From the NCBI GenBank assembly GCA_052386455.1, contig JBQTKD010000034.1:892-64891 (forward strand): a DNA stretch of 64,000 nucleotides. Reading direction: 5' to 3'. Positions within the stretch are counted from its first letter, which is position 1. The number at the start of each line of letters is the position of its first letter. This document shows, piece after piece, positions 37,918 to 49,013 of the stretch. Made by a program: the position numbers and the translations under genes. The DNA is from Sporichthyaceae bacterium (GTDB lineage: Bacteria; Actinomycetota; Actinomycetes; Sporichthyales; Sporichthyaceae). The notes below the pieces were generated by a model, which made no database searches, was not told the origin of the DNA, and worked only from the letters and a program-made list of their open reading frames with translations.

Positions 37918-38958
37918 ATGAGCTACCCGCCCCCAGGGGCGCAGACGGGCTGGTACGCGCCCCCGCCGCCGCAGGACCTGGTGGTTGGCGAGGCCGTCGC
38001 GCTGCACCTACGGCTGGCGAAGCTGCCGAGCCGCGGGCTGGCCCTGCTGTTCGACCTGGTGCTGCTCGGCGGCATCCTGCTCGTGGTCGGCGGCATCGTC
38101 GACACCGCGGCCTCCGGCGCCGACGCCGCGCTCGAGGCGGCGCTGGTGCTGGGCACGGTCGTGCTGGTGATCGTCGGCTGGCCGGTGGCCTGGGAGACGC
38201 TCTCCCGCGGCCAGAGCCCGGGCAAGATGGCGCTCGGGCTGCGCGTGGTCCGCGACGACGGCGGGCCGATCCGGTTCCGGCACGCCTTCACCCGAGCGCT
38301 CGCGGCGGTGTTCGTCGACTTCAACCCGCTGCTGCTCGGCTGCGTGGGCGTGATCGTGTCCCTGTGCTCGAAGAAGGGCAAGCGGGTCGGGGACCTGATG
38401 GCCGGCACCGTCGTCGTCCGGGAACGGATCCCGCGGGCGTCCGCCCCGCCAGCGCTGATTCCGCCGGTCTTGGCCCAGTGGGCGTCTGGCCTCCCGGTGA
38501 CCCGACTCTCCGACCAGGTGGCGCTGCAGGCTCGGCAGGTGCTCAACCGCCGCCAGGACCTGGACCCGGCCCAGGCCCAGTACTGGGCGAACCGCCTGGC
38601 CGAGGAAGTCCTGGCCGAACTCGGCGCCACCCGCCCCCAGGGTGCGGACCCCATGCTGGTGCTGGCCGCGGTCCTGGACGAACGGCGCAACCGCGAACTG
38701 GCCCGTGCCGGCTGGCCCCAGCAGTGGCCGAACGCCCCGATGCCCGGCTGGCAGGCTCCACCCGCGAACCCCGCGCAGGGCTGGTCCGCTCCCCCGCAGC
38801 CCGCGCCCGCCGGCCCCCATGGCGGCTATCCCGCAACGCCCCCGTACCCGCCCCCACCTGCGTACCCGCCGCCACCCGCCTACCCGCCGCCCGTGCCTGC
38901 GGCTCCGACGTCCCTGGAGAAACCGCCGCCCGACGCCCCGTTCCAGGCGCCGCACTAG
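37918..38958 (+). CDS. RDD-family membrane protein with Pro/Tyr-rich termini
   Basis: ORF 37918..38958(+). The RDD-domain core contains LRVVRDDGGPIRF. The C-terminal repeats read PPYPPPPAYPPPPAYPPP. Confidence 0.82.
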   Translation: MSYPPPGAQTGWYAPPPPQDLVVGEAVALHLRLAKLPSRGLALLFDLVLLGGILLVVGGIVDTAASGADAALEAALVLGTVVLVIVGWPVAWETLSRGQSPGKMALGLRVVRDDGGPIRFRHAFTRALAAVFVDFNPLLLGCVGVIVSLCSKKGKRVGDLMAGTVVVRERIPRASAPPALIPPVLAQWASGLPVTRLSDQVALQARQVLNRRQDLDPAQAQYWANRLAEEVLAELGATRPQGADPMLVLAAVLDERRNRELARAGWPQQWPNAPMPGWQAPPANPAQGWSAPPQPAPAGPHGGYPATPPYPPPPAYPPPPAYPPPVPAAPTSLEKPPPDAPFQAPH

Positions 38959-39077
38959 GCATCCTCCGAACGGCCATACCCAGGCACCGAACGTCCGATT
39001 TGCCGCTGCGAATGGAGCCGGGAAATCACTGCCCACGTCGAAGCACACATCGGCGGAATTCGGGCAGGGAGCAGAAG

Positions 39078-39359
39078 ATGGTCGGCCAGACGGGTACCAG
39101 CGAGGCGCACAGTTGCGAGCTTGCCGGGATGACCCTGAGCGAGCTCGCGGAGCTGCTGTTCTGCAGCCCGCTGCAGCCCTCGCAGCAGGTCGACGCACAG
39201 GCGATCGACGCCGCGCTCGCCGAGAGCCTGCGCGCGCACCACGGCCAGGTCGCCGAGTGCGCCGAGGAACTCGCCGCCAGCTACGGCAAGGACCCCGAGG
39301 TCACCTGCCGCCGCATGCGCTGGGCCCGCGCGATCGTCAGCCAGCGCATCGCCGGCTAG
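39078..39359 (+). CDS. Small hypothetical protein
   Basis: Tail of ORF 37794..39359(+). The ATG at 39078 has GGGAG 6 nt upstream. The sequence MTLSELAELLFCSPLQPSQQVDAQAIDAALAESLRAHHG is helical-looking. No family was recognised. Confidence 0.45.
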   Translation: MVGQTGTSEAHSCELAGMTLSELAELLFCSPLQPSQQVDAQAIDAALAESLRAHHGQVAECAEELAASYGKDPEVTCRRMRWARAIVSQRIAG

Positions 39360-39429
39360 CAGAACTTCGGGTGGCGTGGCGCCCGCGACCGAGCACGGGC
39401 GAAGCGGCAACGCGCCACCCGTAGAAACA

Positions 39430-39470
39430 AGAACCGCGCCGGAGAGAGGGGAGCTCTCCTGCGCGGTTCT
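39430..39470 (+). terminator. Strong hairpin with a U-rich tail
   Basis: AGAACCGCGCCGGAGAG (39430-39446) pairs with CTCTCCTGCGCGGTTCT (39454-39470) with one mismatch and a 7-nt loop. GCTTTCTG follows. Confidence 0.65.
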
Positions 39471-39665
39471 GCTTTCTGCGTCGTCGGCGCCGCGAATCCC
39501 GTCTAGGCCCGTACCCCTGCTTGCGAGCGGTGCGCGGCCGGCGGAGCGAAGGTCGGAGTCGACGGAGGGAGCCGGCGACGCCGACCGGGACCAGGCAGAG
39601 CCGGGCCGCCGAGCGACCGCAGGAGACGTAGACCGCAGCGGAGCGGCCCGCGCCGCGAGCGCGAA

Positions 39666-39713
39666 GCGACGCGGAGCGTCGCCAGGTGCACAGCGGCGAC
39701 GCGGAGCGTCGCC
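39666..39713 (-). terminator. Two tandem copies (30-nt period) of a GCGACGC-GGA-GCGTCGC hairpin directly after the ahcY stop
   Basis: Hairpin 1 is at 39666-39682. Hairpin 2 (GGCGACGC GGA GCGTCGCC) is at 39695-39713. The ahcY stop is at 39719-39721. Confidence 0.6.
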
Positions 39714-39718
39714 ATGTC

Positions 39719-41197
<1,479 letters not shown>

Positions 41198-41302
41198 CGG
41201 TGCGTACTCCTCGACTGCATGGCTGTCACCGGGCGGTTTCGCCCGTGGTTACCCCCCAGTCAACCCTACGAGCGGGGCCCGGTGCGGCTACTCGTTCCGA
41301 AG

Positions 41303-42727
41303 TCAGGGTGTCGAAGTGGGCGACGACACAATCGACGACGGCTCGGCACCGTCTCCGGAGGCCGGGGCAACCACGCCGGCCTGCGCCTCGACGGGCTTCG
41401 TCGGCGTCGGCGTCGCGGTGGCCGTCGGGGTCGGCTTCGGCTTGGCGGTGGGGTCGTAGTTGATGACCACGTCGCCCTGCTCGGCGGCCCGCTTGGCGGC
41501 CCGGTCGGCGTCCGCGGAGTCCCGGGCGGCCTTGTCGGCGAGCATCGGGATCATCTGCGGGACGATCTGGTCCAGCAGCCACGGGAGGCTCTGCGGGCTG
41601 GCGTAGTACGCCGCCTCGGCCAGGCCGGGCCCGAGCTCGAGCACGCGGCCCTTCTTCACCGCGGTCAGGTTCTGGTAGGCGGCGGTCTTCTTCAGCCGCT
41701 CCATGGCCGCGGTGCCGTCGTTGCCGACGACCATGATCAGCACGTCGACGCCGTTGAGGTAGCCCATGGCGCCCGTGGACAGGTCCACGTTGTAGATCGC
41801 GCGCCGGAACGCCTTGCCGCTGGGCGAGGTCACCGACTCGATCTGGCGCGGGAAGGTCATCCGCAGCGAGGTGAAGATGCGCGACAGCGGCGCGTACGGG
41901 TTGATGATCCGGTACTGGCCGTCCGGGCCCGGCGCGGCGACGGCGATGTTCGCGTCGCGGAACTCGGGGTTCTTGGACACGACGGCGCCGAACGCGTCCT
42001 GCGTCTGCTGGACGAGCTTGGCCGCAGCGGCCGGACGCCCGAAGACGGCGCCGACCGCGATGACCTCCTCCTGCCAGGAGGAGAAGTAGTCTCGGCCGTC
42101 GGCGGAGACGCCGGTGATGGTCGGGGCGATCTCCTTGAGCTTGAGGTAGTCCTCGAGCGTCCACCCGGAGAACAGACCGATGATGACGTCCGGCTTCAGG
42201 GCCTTGATGGCCTCGAGGTCGTAGACCTCTTTCCAGATCGGGGTGTTCGTCGCCTGCGGGAACTCGGTGCGCAGGATCGGACCGTCGTCGCTGGGGTATA
42301 CCCGCCCGTTCTTCGGGTCGCGAACGTCGGAGACGACCACCTGGTACGGGCCGGCCTTTGCGTCCTCGGACAGCCACGGCGAGTTCGTCCACGGGGTCGC
42401 TGCGCCGAAGTAGTTCCGGATCGTCAGCGGCTTGATGCCCAGGGCGCTCATGGCCTCCTGGTCGCGGAAGCCGAGCGCGACGACCCGCTTCGGCTCCTTG
42501 TCGATCTTCGTGGTGCCCCAGGTGTGCTTGAAGTACACCGGGTACGCACCGGACTCCACGGGGTACTTCACGAGGTTTCCGACGGCGGCGGCGGACGGCT
42601 CCGGCGAGGGGCCGGCCTCCACCGGGGCGTCGGCGCTTCCCGCGCCGCAGGCCGCGACAAGGCTCAGTGCCGCAACGGCGAGCGTTGCCTGGGCACTACG
42701 GAGAAGACGCCGGCTGAGCACGGTCAA
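41303..42727 (-). CDS. Lipoprotein, periplasmic-binding-protein type 2 (iron-siderophore/cobalamin-type ABC substrate-binding protein) with a Pro/Thr-rich C-terminal extension
   Basis: ORF 41303..42727(-). Lipobox LVAAC. Motifs PKRVVALGFRDQEAMSALGIKP and KPDVIIGLFSGW. The tail reads KPKPTPTATATPTPTKP. No permease or ATPase gene lies nearby. Confidence 0.75.
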   Translation of the reverse strand: MTVLSRRLLRSAQATLAVAALSLVAACGAGSADAPVEAGPSPEPSAAAVGNLVKYPVESGAYPVYFKHTWGTTKIDKEPKRVVALGFRDQEAMSALGIKPLTIRNYFGAATPWTNSPWLSEDAKAGPYQVVVSDVRDPKNGRVYPSDDGPILRTEFPQATNTPIWKEVYDLEAIKALKPDVIIGLFSGWTLEDYLKLKEIAPTITGVSADGRDYFSSWQEEVIAVGAVFGRPAAAAKLVQQTQDAFGAVVSKNPEFRDANIAVAAPGPDGQYRIINPYAPLSRIFTSLRMTFPRQIESVTSPSGKAFRRAIYNVDLSTGAMGYLNGVDVLIMVVGNDGTAAMERLKKTAAYQNLTAVKKGRVLELGPGLAEAAYYASPQSLPWLLDQIVPQMIPMLADKAARDSADADRAAKRAAEQGDVVINYDPTAKPKPTPTATATPTPTKPVEAQAGVVAPASGDGAEPSSIVSSPTSTP

Positions 42728-42857
42728 CGAAGGTCCTCGCGATCGCAGCTATTCGAGGACATCAGTCTCGCTGCTCGAACCCCCGGCGCGCGGCGCCAAC
42801 GAGGTGTTCGCGACAAAGCCGTGACGCATTAATGCCGGATCGATGCCAACGGCATGG

Positions 42858-43772
42858 TCAGTGTTGATCTAGGTCGGGTTCGAGGTAGATCACCCGAGCG
42901 GTCGGTTCGGCTGCTCTGATCCGGGTTTCGGCCGAATTGATCGCCGCCGCCACCGAGGCGGCGGTGTCCTCCCCACGGACCGCGATCTTGGCGGCGACGA
43001 GCAGTTCCTCGGGGCCGAGGTGGACGGTCTTCATGTGGATCACCCGCTGCACCGCGGGCTCGGCCTCGAGCGCGCCGACGATGCGCGCGACGGCCTCCGC
43101 CGACGCGCCCTCGCCGAGCAGCAGGCTCTTCGTCTCGACGGCCAGAATGATCGCGATCACGACCAGCAGGACGCCGATGGCGCAGGATCCCGCGCCGTCC
43201 CAGCGGCCGTTGTCGGTGATCAGCGTCATCGAAACGCCGCCCAGCGCGAGGACCAGACCGACGAGCGCGCCGAGGTCCTCGAGCAGGATCACGGGCAGCT
43301 CCGGGGACTTGGCCCGGCGCACGAACTGCACCCAGGTGGCGTCGCCGCGGACGTGGTTGGACTCGACGATCGCGGTGCGGAAGGAGAAGCTCTCCATCAC
43401 GATCGCGGCGACCAGCACGACGACCGGCACCCAGTGCCACGAGTCGATGGCGTGCGGGTCGCGGATCTTGTGGATTCCCTCGTAGAGCGCGAATCCGCCG
43501 CCGACGGTGAACAGGACGATCGAGACCAGGAACGCGTACACGTAGCGCTCGCGGCCGTAGCCGAACGGGTGCAGCGGCGTCGCGGCGCGCTGGGCGCGCT
43601 TGCCGCCGAAGAGCAGCAGCACCTGGTTGCCCGCGTCGGCCAGGGAGTGGATGGACTCCGCAAGCATCGACGACGAGCGCGTCAGCAGGAACGCGACGAA
43701 CTTGGTGACGGCGATCCCGGTGTTCGCCAGCAGCGCCGCGACAACCGCCTTGGTCCCGCCACCGGTACTCAT
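42858..43772 (-). CDS. Cation diffusion facilitator (CDF) family metal efflux transporter
   Basis: Lower part of ORF 42858..44945(-). The ATG at 43772 forms an ATGA overlap with the upstream stop. Motifs ESIHSLADAGNQ and HPFGYGRERY. Six TM helices and a C-terminal cytoplasmic domain. Confidence 0.88.
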   Translation of the reverse strand: MSTGGGTKAVVAALLANTGIAVTKFVAFLLTRSSSMLAESIHSLADAGNQVLLLFGGKRAQRAATPLHPFGYGRERYVYAFLVSIVLFTVGGGFALYEGIHKIRDPHAIDSWHWVPVVVLVAAIVMESFSFRTAIVESNHVRGDATWVQFVRRAKSPELPVILLEDLGALVGLVLALGGVSMTLITDNGRWDGAGSCAIGVLLVVIAIILAVETKSLLLGEGASAEAVARIVGALEAEPAVQRVIHMKTVHLGPEELLVAAKIAVRGEDTAASVAAAINSAETRIRAAEPTARVIYLEPDLDQH

Positions 43773-44824
43773 CGAACCTCCGCCAGCCGAGCCTTCAAGG
43801 TGTCGATCGGGCCGATCGGCGTCGGGTCGATCTCCAGTGCGAGCGCGAGGTAGACGCTGGCCCAGTCGAGCAGCCCGACCAGCGAGGCCAGGCGCTGCAG
43901 CGGATGCGTGCCGGCGGCGCACACCTCGATCGCCGGCAGGCCGTAGTCCGCGGCCAGGCGCATGGATTCCTCCGCGCGACGCACGAGGCGCGGGTCCTCG
44001 ACGGCGTCGCGCAGGATCACCGGCCGCAGTCCGAGGTCCCGAGCGTGCCTGCCGAGCGGACCGTCGAACGCGACGACTTGGTTGTGGTGCGGCTCGGACA
44101 GACCGCCGACCACGCTGGGCAGCTTCGCGTTCTCCGCGATCTGGTTGCCGAGACGCTGCGCCGCGGTCGCGGCCAGCGGCGAGAAGCCCCAGATCAGCGG
44201 GAGCCCGCCGACGAGGCCCAACGCGAGCGCCTTGGCCGGGTTCTGCGCCGTGGGCACGTCCGGGGCACAGCGGGCGGCGATCTCGTCGAGGTCGTTCGCG
44301 GCGGCCAGGCGCACGCCTGCGTCGGCGTCGGCGAACCCGAGCGAATCCGCCGTGGCCAGCAGCGGAGCCGCAAGGCCCCAGAGGCAGGCGCGCGGCGGAC
44401 GGCCTTCCGCGTCGACGTCGAGATGTTCGACGCCGAACTTCGACAGGGGCGAACCCGCGGCGCCGATCGTGGTCAGCGCGATCCCGCGCTCCTGCGCCTG
44501 CGCTGCGAAGCCGAGCGTCTCCTCGGTCGTGCCGGAGCACGACACGGCGAAGACGCGGTCCTGCGCGCCGACCCAGCCCGGCACGTGGTGACCGCGCACC
44601 ACCACGACGGGGAACGACGCTCCCGGCCCGACGACGGCGGCCAGTACGTCGCCCGAGGCCGCCGAGCCGCCCATCCCGGCGACGACCACGGCGCGCGGGG
44701 TCTCGGCGTCGGCGCGTTCGTAGTCGGGCGCTGCGCGCAGCTGCGCGCCCGCGCTGGCCACCGCGGCGATCATTCCGGCGGAGTCGAGCGCCGCGAGCAT
44801 TACGGGATCGTCGAGGCCGGCCAT
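43769..44824 (-). CDS. SIS-domain bifunctional phosphoglucose/phosphomannose isomerase-like protein
   Basis: Lower part of ORF 43769..45031(-), starting at the ATG at 44824. Motifs VVVAGMGGSAASGDVL and AVSCSGTTEET. Confidence 0.8.
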   Translation of the reverse strand: MAGLDDPVMLAALDSAGMIAAVASAGAQLRAAPDYERADAETPRAVVVAGMGGSAASGDVLAAVVGPGASFPVVVVRGHHVPGWVGAQDRVFAVSCSGTTEETLGFAAQAQERGIALTTIGAAGSPLSKFGVEHLDVDAEGRPPRACLWGLAAPLLATADSLGFADADAGVRLAAANDLDEIAARCAPDVPTAQNPAKALALGLVGGLPLIWGFSPLAATAAQRLGNQIAENAKLPSVVGGLSEPHHNQVVAFDGPLGRHARDLGLRPVILRDAVEDPRLVRRAEESMRLAADYGLPAIEVCAAGTHPLQRLASLVGLLDWASVYLALALEIDPTPIGPIDTLKARLAEVR

Positions 44825-44826
44825 CG

Positions 44827-45018
44827 TCAGCCCGCGTTCTTCGGCGCCCGCGCCTCGTCGACCAACAGCACGGGGATGCCGTCGCGCACCGGGTACGCGA
44901 GCCCGCACGACGCTCCGGTGCAAACCAGTTCGGCGGCCTCGGCACGCAGGGCCTCGCGGCACTTCGGGCAGACCAGCAGCGCCAGCAGCTCGTCGTCGAC
45001 CTTCGTTGACATGTTCAC
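44827..45018 (-). CDS. Trm112-family small zinc-ribbon protein
   Basis: ORF 44827..45018(-). Motif LLVCPKCREAL...LVCTGASCGLAYPVRDGIPVLL. GAGGAG lies 5 nt upstream of the GTG. Confidence 0.85.
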   Translation of the reverse strand: MNMSTKVDDELLALLVCPKCREALRAEAAELVCTGASCGLAYPVRDGIPVLLVDEARAPKNAG

Positions 45019-45059
45019 TCGGGCTCCTCACTCGTACCTCGCTCGTCGCGCTCGCTCGG

Positions 45060-46430
45060 CTAAATTCCTCCTCGGATCTGGCCGAGCACCTCGTCGCGCA
45101 GCTTCTCCATCGCGGCCGAATCTCCCGCCTCCACGTTGAGGCGCAGCTTCGGTTCGGTGTTCGACGGGCGGACGTTGAACCACGTCCCGTCGGGAAGGTT
45201 GACGGTCAGCCCGTCCAGTTCGTCGAGCACCACGCCAGGCAGCGCTCCCCAGTGCGTACGCAGCGCAGCGAGGACCTCGGCGGGCGCGGGCACGGAGGAG
45301 TTCAGTTCGCCGGAGGCGACGTAGCGCTCGTACCGCCGCATCAGATCAGAGCAGCCCGTGCCCGCCGGGGTGCCGCCGAGCGCCGCCAGGACGTGCAGCG
45401 CGGCCAGCATGCCGGAGTCGGCGAACCAGAAGTCCCGGAAGTAGTAGTGGCCGGAGTGCTCGCCGCCGAAGATGGCGTCGTACTCGGCCATGACGGCCTT
45501 GATGAACGAGTGCCCGACCCGGGTGCGGATCGGCCGGCCGCCGCTCTCGGCCACGATCTCCGGGAACGCCCGGGAGGCGATCAGGTTGTAGACGACCGCG
45601 GCCCCGGGTTCGCGGGCCAGCTCGCGGGTCCCGATGAGCGCGGACACCGCGGACGGGGAGATCGCGTCGCCGTTCTCGTCCACGACGAAGCAGCGGTCCG
45701 CGTCTCCGTCGAAGGCGAGGCCGAGGTCGCACTCGTTGGCCCGAACGGCCTCCGCGAGGTCGACGAGGTTGGCCGGCTCGATCGGATTCGGCTCGTGGTT
45801 CGGGAAGGTGCCGTCGAGTTCGAAGTACAGCGGGATCAGCGCGACGGGCAGGCCCGCGAAAACCGTCGGGACGACGTGGCCGGCCATGCCGTTGCCCGCG
45901 TCCACGGCAACCCGCAGCGGCCGCGCCGCCGAGAGGTCGACGAGGGTGCGCAGGAACGCGGAGTACTCCGCAAGCACGTCCTGCACACGGATCTCGCCGA
46001 CCCTTTCGCCCTTCGGCTCGCGGCCCTCGAGGATTTCCGCGGCACGCGCGGCCACGTCGGCCAGGCCGGTCTCCGCGCCGACCGGCTTGGCACCGGGGCG
46101 GCAGAGCTTGATGCCGTTGTACTGCGCGGGGTTGTGCGAGGCGGTGAACATCGCGCCCGGCCGGCCCCAGGAGCCGCTGGCCCAGTAGACCGCGTCGGTG
46201 CAGGTCAGGCCGACGTCGACGACGTCCACGCCCGCGGCGGCCGCACCGGTCGCAAAGGCCGCGGACAGCATCGGCGAGGACGGTCGCATGTCGCGGCCGA
46301 CCACGATCTCGGGCTCGCCGCAAAACTCGGCAAACGCGGCGCCGAGCGCGAAGGCCGTCCGCTCGTCGAGCTCCTCGGGCACCAGGCCGCGGACGTCGTA
46401 GGCCCGCACGATGGTCGACAGCGCGTGCAT
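45060..46430 (-). CDS. Phosphomannomutase/phosphoglucomutase (alpha-D-phosphohexomutase family)
   Basis: ORF 45060..46430(-). Active-site loop FTASHNPAQYNGIK. Metal loop FDGDADR. Confidence 0.93.
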   Translation of the reverse strand: MHALSTIVRAYDVRGLVPEELDERTAFALGAAFAEFCGEPEIVVGRDMRPSSPMLSAAFATGAAAAGVDVVDVGLTCTDAVYWASGSWGRPGAMFTASHNPAQYNGIKLCRPGAKPVGAETGLADVAARAAEILEGREPKGERVGEIRVQDVLAEYSAFLRTLVDLSAARPLRVAVDAGNGMAGHVVPTVFAGLPVALIPLYFELDGTFPNHEPNPIEPANLVDLAEAVRANECDLGLAFDGDADRCFVVDENGDAISPSAVSALIGTRELAREPGAAVVYNLIASRAFPEIVAESGGRPIRTRVGHSFIKAVMAEYDAIFGGEHSGHYYFRDFWFADSGMLAALHVLAALGGTPAGTGCSDLMRRYERYVASGELNSSVPAPAEVLAALRTHWGALPGVVLDELDGLTVNLPDGTWFNVRPSNTEPKLRLNVEAGDSAAMEKLRDEVLGQIRGGI

Positions 46431-46495
46431 TCCACCCCTAGGTCCAAGCCCCGCCGCGAAGACCCGCAGCGCGGTCCGACCCTATCGGCGTGAGG

Positions 46496-46849
46496 CTAGT
46501 AATCGACGGGTGTGCGGACGGCGCGCAGGTGGCCGCGGCGGGCGCCGGACAGCGCGTCGTCCAGCGGCTCCTCGCCACGTGGCTTGCCCGTCTCGCGGAT
46601 CAGGTCCGCGAGCGCTTCGAGATCGTCGGTCGAGGGGCCGGTGGCCACGCTGGGATCCAGCCGCACGACGGACCAGCCACGCGGAGCGGTGAGACGCTCG
46701 GCGTGGACCTGGCACAGGTCGTAGCAGTGCGGCTCCGCGTAGGTGGCGAGCGGGCCGAGTACCGCCGTGGAGTCCCGGTAGACGTAGGTCAGGGTCGCGG
46801 TGGCCGGCCGCTGGCAGGCGTTACGAGAGCAGCGGCGCGTGGTCAGCAC
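46496..46849 (-). CDS. DUF3499-family protein
   Basis: Lower part of ORF 46496..47170(-), starting at the GTG at 46849 or 46861. The sequence reads RRCSRNACQRPATATLTYVYRDSTAVLGPL...CYDLCQVHAERL. Confidence 0.8.
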   Translation of the reverse strand: MLTTRRCSRNACQRPATATLTYVYRDSTAVLGPLATYAEPHCYDLCQVHAERLTAPRGWSVVRLDPSVATGPSTDDLEALADLIRETGKPRGEEPLDDALSGARRGHLRAVRTPVDY

Positions 46850-46977
46850 GAAGACCCCCACTGAATCGGGCCGAACAGGTCGGCAAGGCGTACCGGGGAC
46901 ACGAGTCGCGACGCTACGCCGATGCGCCACGGCGCGGATGCAGGCGCGCCGCCGCACATCGCCCGTAGGCTTTTGCC

Positions 46978-47532
46978 GTGCGCATTCGAGGGTTCCGTCG
47001 CCGCAACGGGAAGGGAGACGAACCCGCCCGGCGGCCCGACGCCGAGCCCGCCCCGCGCCCTGCGGATCCGACGCCGGCAGCGCCTCCCCGACTGGCGCGC
47101 CCGAGTCCGCGCCCGGCGAACCGCCCCAAGCGCGACCGGCGTTCCCGCGGGCTGCGCGGTCCCCTGGCACCGCCGGGCTCCCCGCTGGCGCGAACGCGCG
47201 GGGATCGGTTCGCCGACTTGGTCCTGGACTCCGTCGAGCGCCTCGAACGGCGGTGGGCCAACGAGCTGTCCGACGTGGAGTTCGCCGTCGAGCAGGTCCC
47301 GCCGGTGAACCGCTCGGCCGATCCGATCGCGGAGGCGATCCCGCTGTCCCGGCTGTATCCGGGCTCGGCCGGGCACAGCCCCCGGATCGTGTTGTATCGC
47401 CGGCCGATCGAGGCGCGCGCCACCGGCCGCGCCGACCTGACGGCGCTGGTGCACGATCTGGTCGTCGAACAGGTCGCCGAACTGCTCGGGATCGAGCCGG
47501 AGGCCGTGGACCCGGAGTACGGCCTGGACTAG
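46978..47532 (+). CDS. Metallopeptidase-family (zincin-like, DUF1025) protein with an Arg/Pro-rich N-terminal extension
   Basis: ORF 46978..47532(+). Core sequence FADLVLDSVERLERRWANELSDVEFAVEQVP...IVLYRRPIE...LVHDLVVEQVAELLG. The start is uncertain. Confidence 0.7.
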   Translation: MRIRGFRRRNGKGDEPARRPDAEPAPRPADPTPAAPPRLARPSPRPANRPKRDRRSRGLRGPLAPPGSPLARTRGDRFADLVLDSVERLERRWANELSDVEFAVEQVPPVNRSADPIAEAIPLSRLYPGSAGHSPRIVLYRRPIEARATGRADLTALVHDLVVEQVAELLGIEPEAVDPEYGLD

Positions 47533-49013
47533 TCGCGTTCCACCGTGGTCACGGTGAGGTCCGGGACGACCGCCGGGGACTCGACCGTGAAACGGCCGGT
47601 GTCCAACGAGGTGACGGTGATGCCCGCCTCGTCGATGCGCAGCACTCGGGCCGCGTGCACCGAGCCGGACACGGCCTCGATCACCACCGAGTAGCGGTCG
47701 ACGCCCTTCGGCCCGGGGTCCAGCACGAGCAGGCGGCCGGCCTCGATCGTGACCGTCCGGGTGCGCGGCTTTCCGGTCCCGGCGTAGACGAGGATCTTCA
47801 CCTCGGCCGCCTCGTCGGGGGCGGCGAGCAGCAAACGGGTGCGGCTGCCGTCGCCGCTGCGGCCGTCCGGTACGGCGGTCGGGCCGGAAAGGGCGGCGGC
47901 CGGGCCGGCCCAGGCCTGCTCCTTCCCCCCGCCGATCTTTGCGATGGTGCGGACGGCGCCGACGACCGGGACATCGGAGGTCAACACGACCGCCAACGGC
48001 TGTCCGGGGTCCGCGGCGTTGAGGTCGACCTCCTGCACCTGACCTGCGCGCAGTTCGACGACGTCCGCTCCCGCGGGCGCGAAGTCCGTGGTGGTGCCGA
48101 GAACGCGGATCTTGACGATCGCGTCCCGGTCGCCGGGTGCGAGCAGGAACAGCTTGCGGTCGTGGGCCTCGGCGGGAATGCCGGGGACGACCAACTTCTT
48201 CGCCGGGCGCACCAACGGGTCGAGCCAGTCCGCGCCGCGTCCGCCGATCTCGGCGAGGTGCAGCGCCGCGGACACCTGACCGCGGTCCACCACCACGCCG
48301 ACGGCGATGCGCCGCCGGTTGTCCGCCAGCCCTTCGAGGGAGACGACCCGGGTGCTGCGGGCGGCGACGACGAGCTCGCTCACGTTGGGCACGTCCAGCC
48401 GGCCGGCCTCGTCCCACAGCGTGAGGTCGACCGAGGCCGAGGTGCCGGCCGCGTTGGTCAGGACGAGCTGGGACTGCCGCCCGGTCTGGGTGGAGGCGCC
48501 GACGAACCAGGCCGAGGCGCCCGCGGGGAGGCAGGACGCCGAGGAGAGGCCGCGCGTCGGACCCTCGCCGACGGCGACGACGCGCTCGGCCGCCAAGCCG
48601 GGCGCAAGGCCACCGGTGGCGCGGACGACGGCGGCCGGGGAGTCGGTGCCGGACAGGTTGATGCGCGAGACGCCCGGCTGGGTGCGTCGAAGCGTCGGCT
48701 TGTCCTCGCCAGGGAGTTCGTCCACGCGCATCGCGCCGTCGGCCTTCTCCCCCAGCGCGGTGGAGACGGTCAGGCGGTCGGTGGACGCGCCCGCGGCCGG
48801 TGTCGCCGGGCAGGCGAGGACGGCGGCCCGCACGTCGTCGACGGTGGCTCGCACGGACGCCGCTCCACCGCCGGCAAGGTGCACGATCAGCGCGACGGCG
48901 ACCAGCGATCCGCCGACGGCGGCCGCGCTGAGGCGGCCGTCGCCGACGAGCCGGAGTACCCAGCCCGCCGGGGCCGCCCCGGCCGCGTCGCGCGCCCTGC
49001 GTCGCTCGTTCAT
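47529..49013 (-). CDS. DUF5719-like exported protein
   Basis: C-terminal part of ORF 47529..52106(-). The ATG at 49013 forms an ATGA overlap with the upstream GT2 stop. One N-terminal TM segment, then a beta-rich sequence. Confidence 0.75.
   Translation of the reverse strand: MNERRRARDAAGAAPAGWVLRLVGDGRLSAAAVGGSLVAVALIVHLAGGGAASVRATVDDVRAAVLACPATPAAGASTDRLTVSTALGEKADGAMRVDELPGEDKPTLRRTQPGVSRINLSGTDSPAAVVRATGGLAPGLAAERVVAVGEGPTRGLSSASCLPAGASAWFVGASTQTGRQSQLVLTNAAGTSASVDLTLWDEAGRLDVPNVSELVVAARSTRVVSLEGLADNRRRIAVGVVVDRGQVSAALHLAEIGGRGADWLDPLVRPAKKLVVPGIPAEAHDRKLFLLAPGDRDAIVKIRVLGTTTDFAPAGADVVELRAGQVQEVDLNAADPGQPLAVVLTSDVPVVGAVRTIAKIGGGKEQAWAGPAAALSGPTAVPDGRSGDGSRTRLLLAAPDEAAEVKILVYAGTGKPRTRTVTIEAGRLLVLDPGPKGVDRYSVVIEAVSGSVHAARVLRIDEAGITVTSLDTGRFTVESPAVVPDLTVTTVERD

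Noticed and set aside
41198-41302. Possible SAH riboswitch in the ahcY leader
   Set aside because: I could not find the conserved SAH-element core sequences or a pseudoknot arrangement that I remember. The spacer is only about 105 nt and reads as an ordinary leader ending in GAGGAG. A covariance-model scan (Rfam SAH_riboswitch) would settle it.
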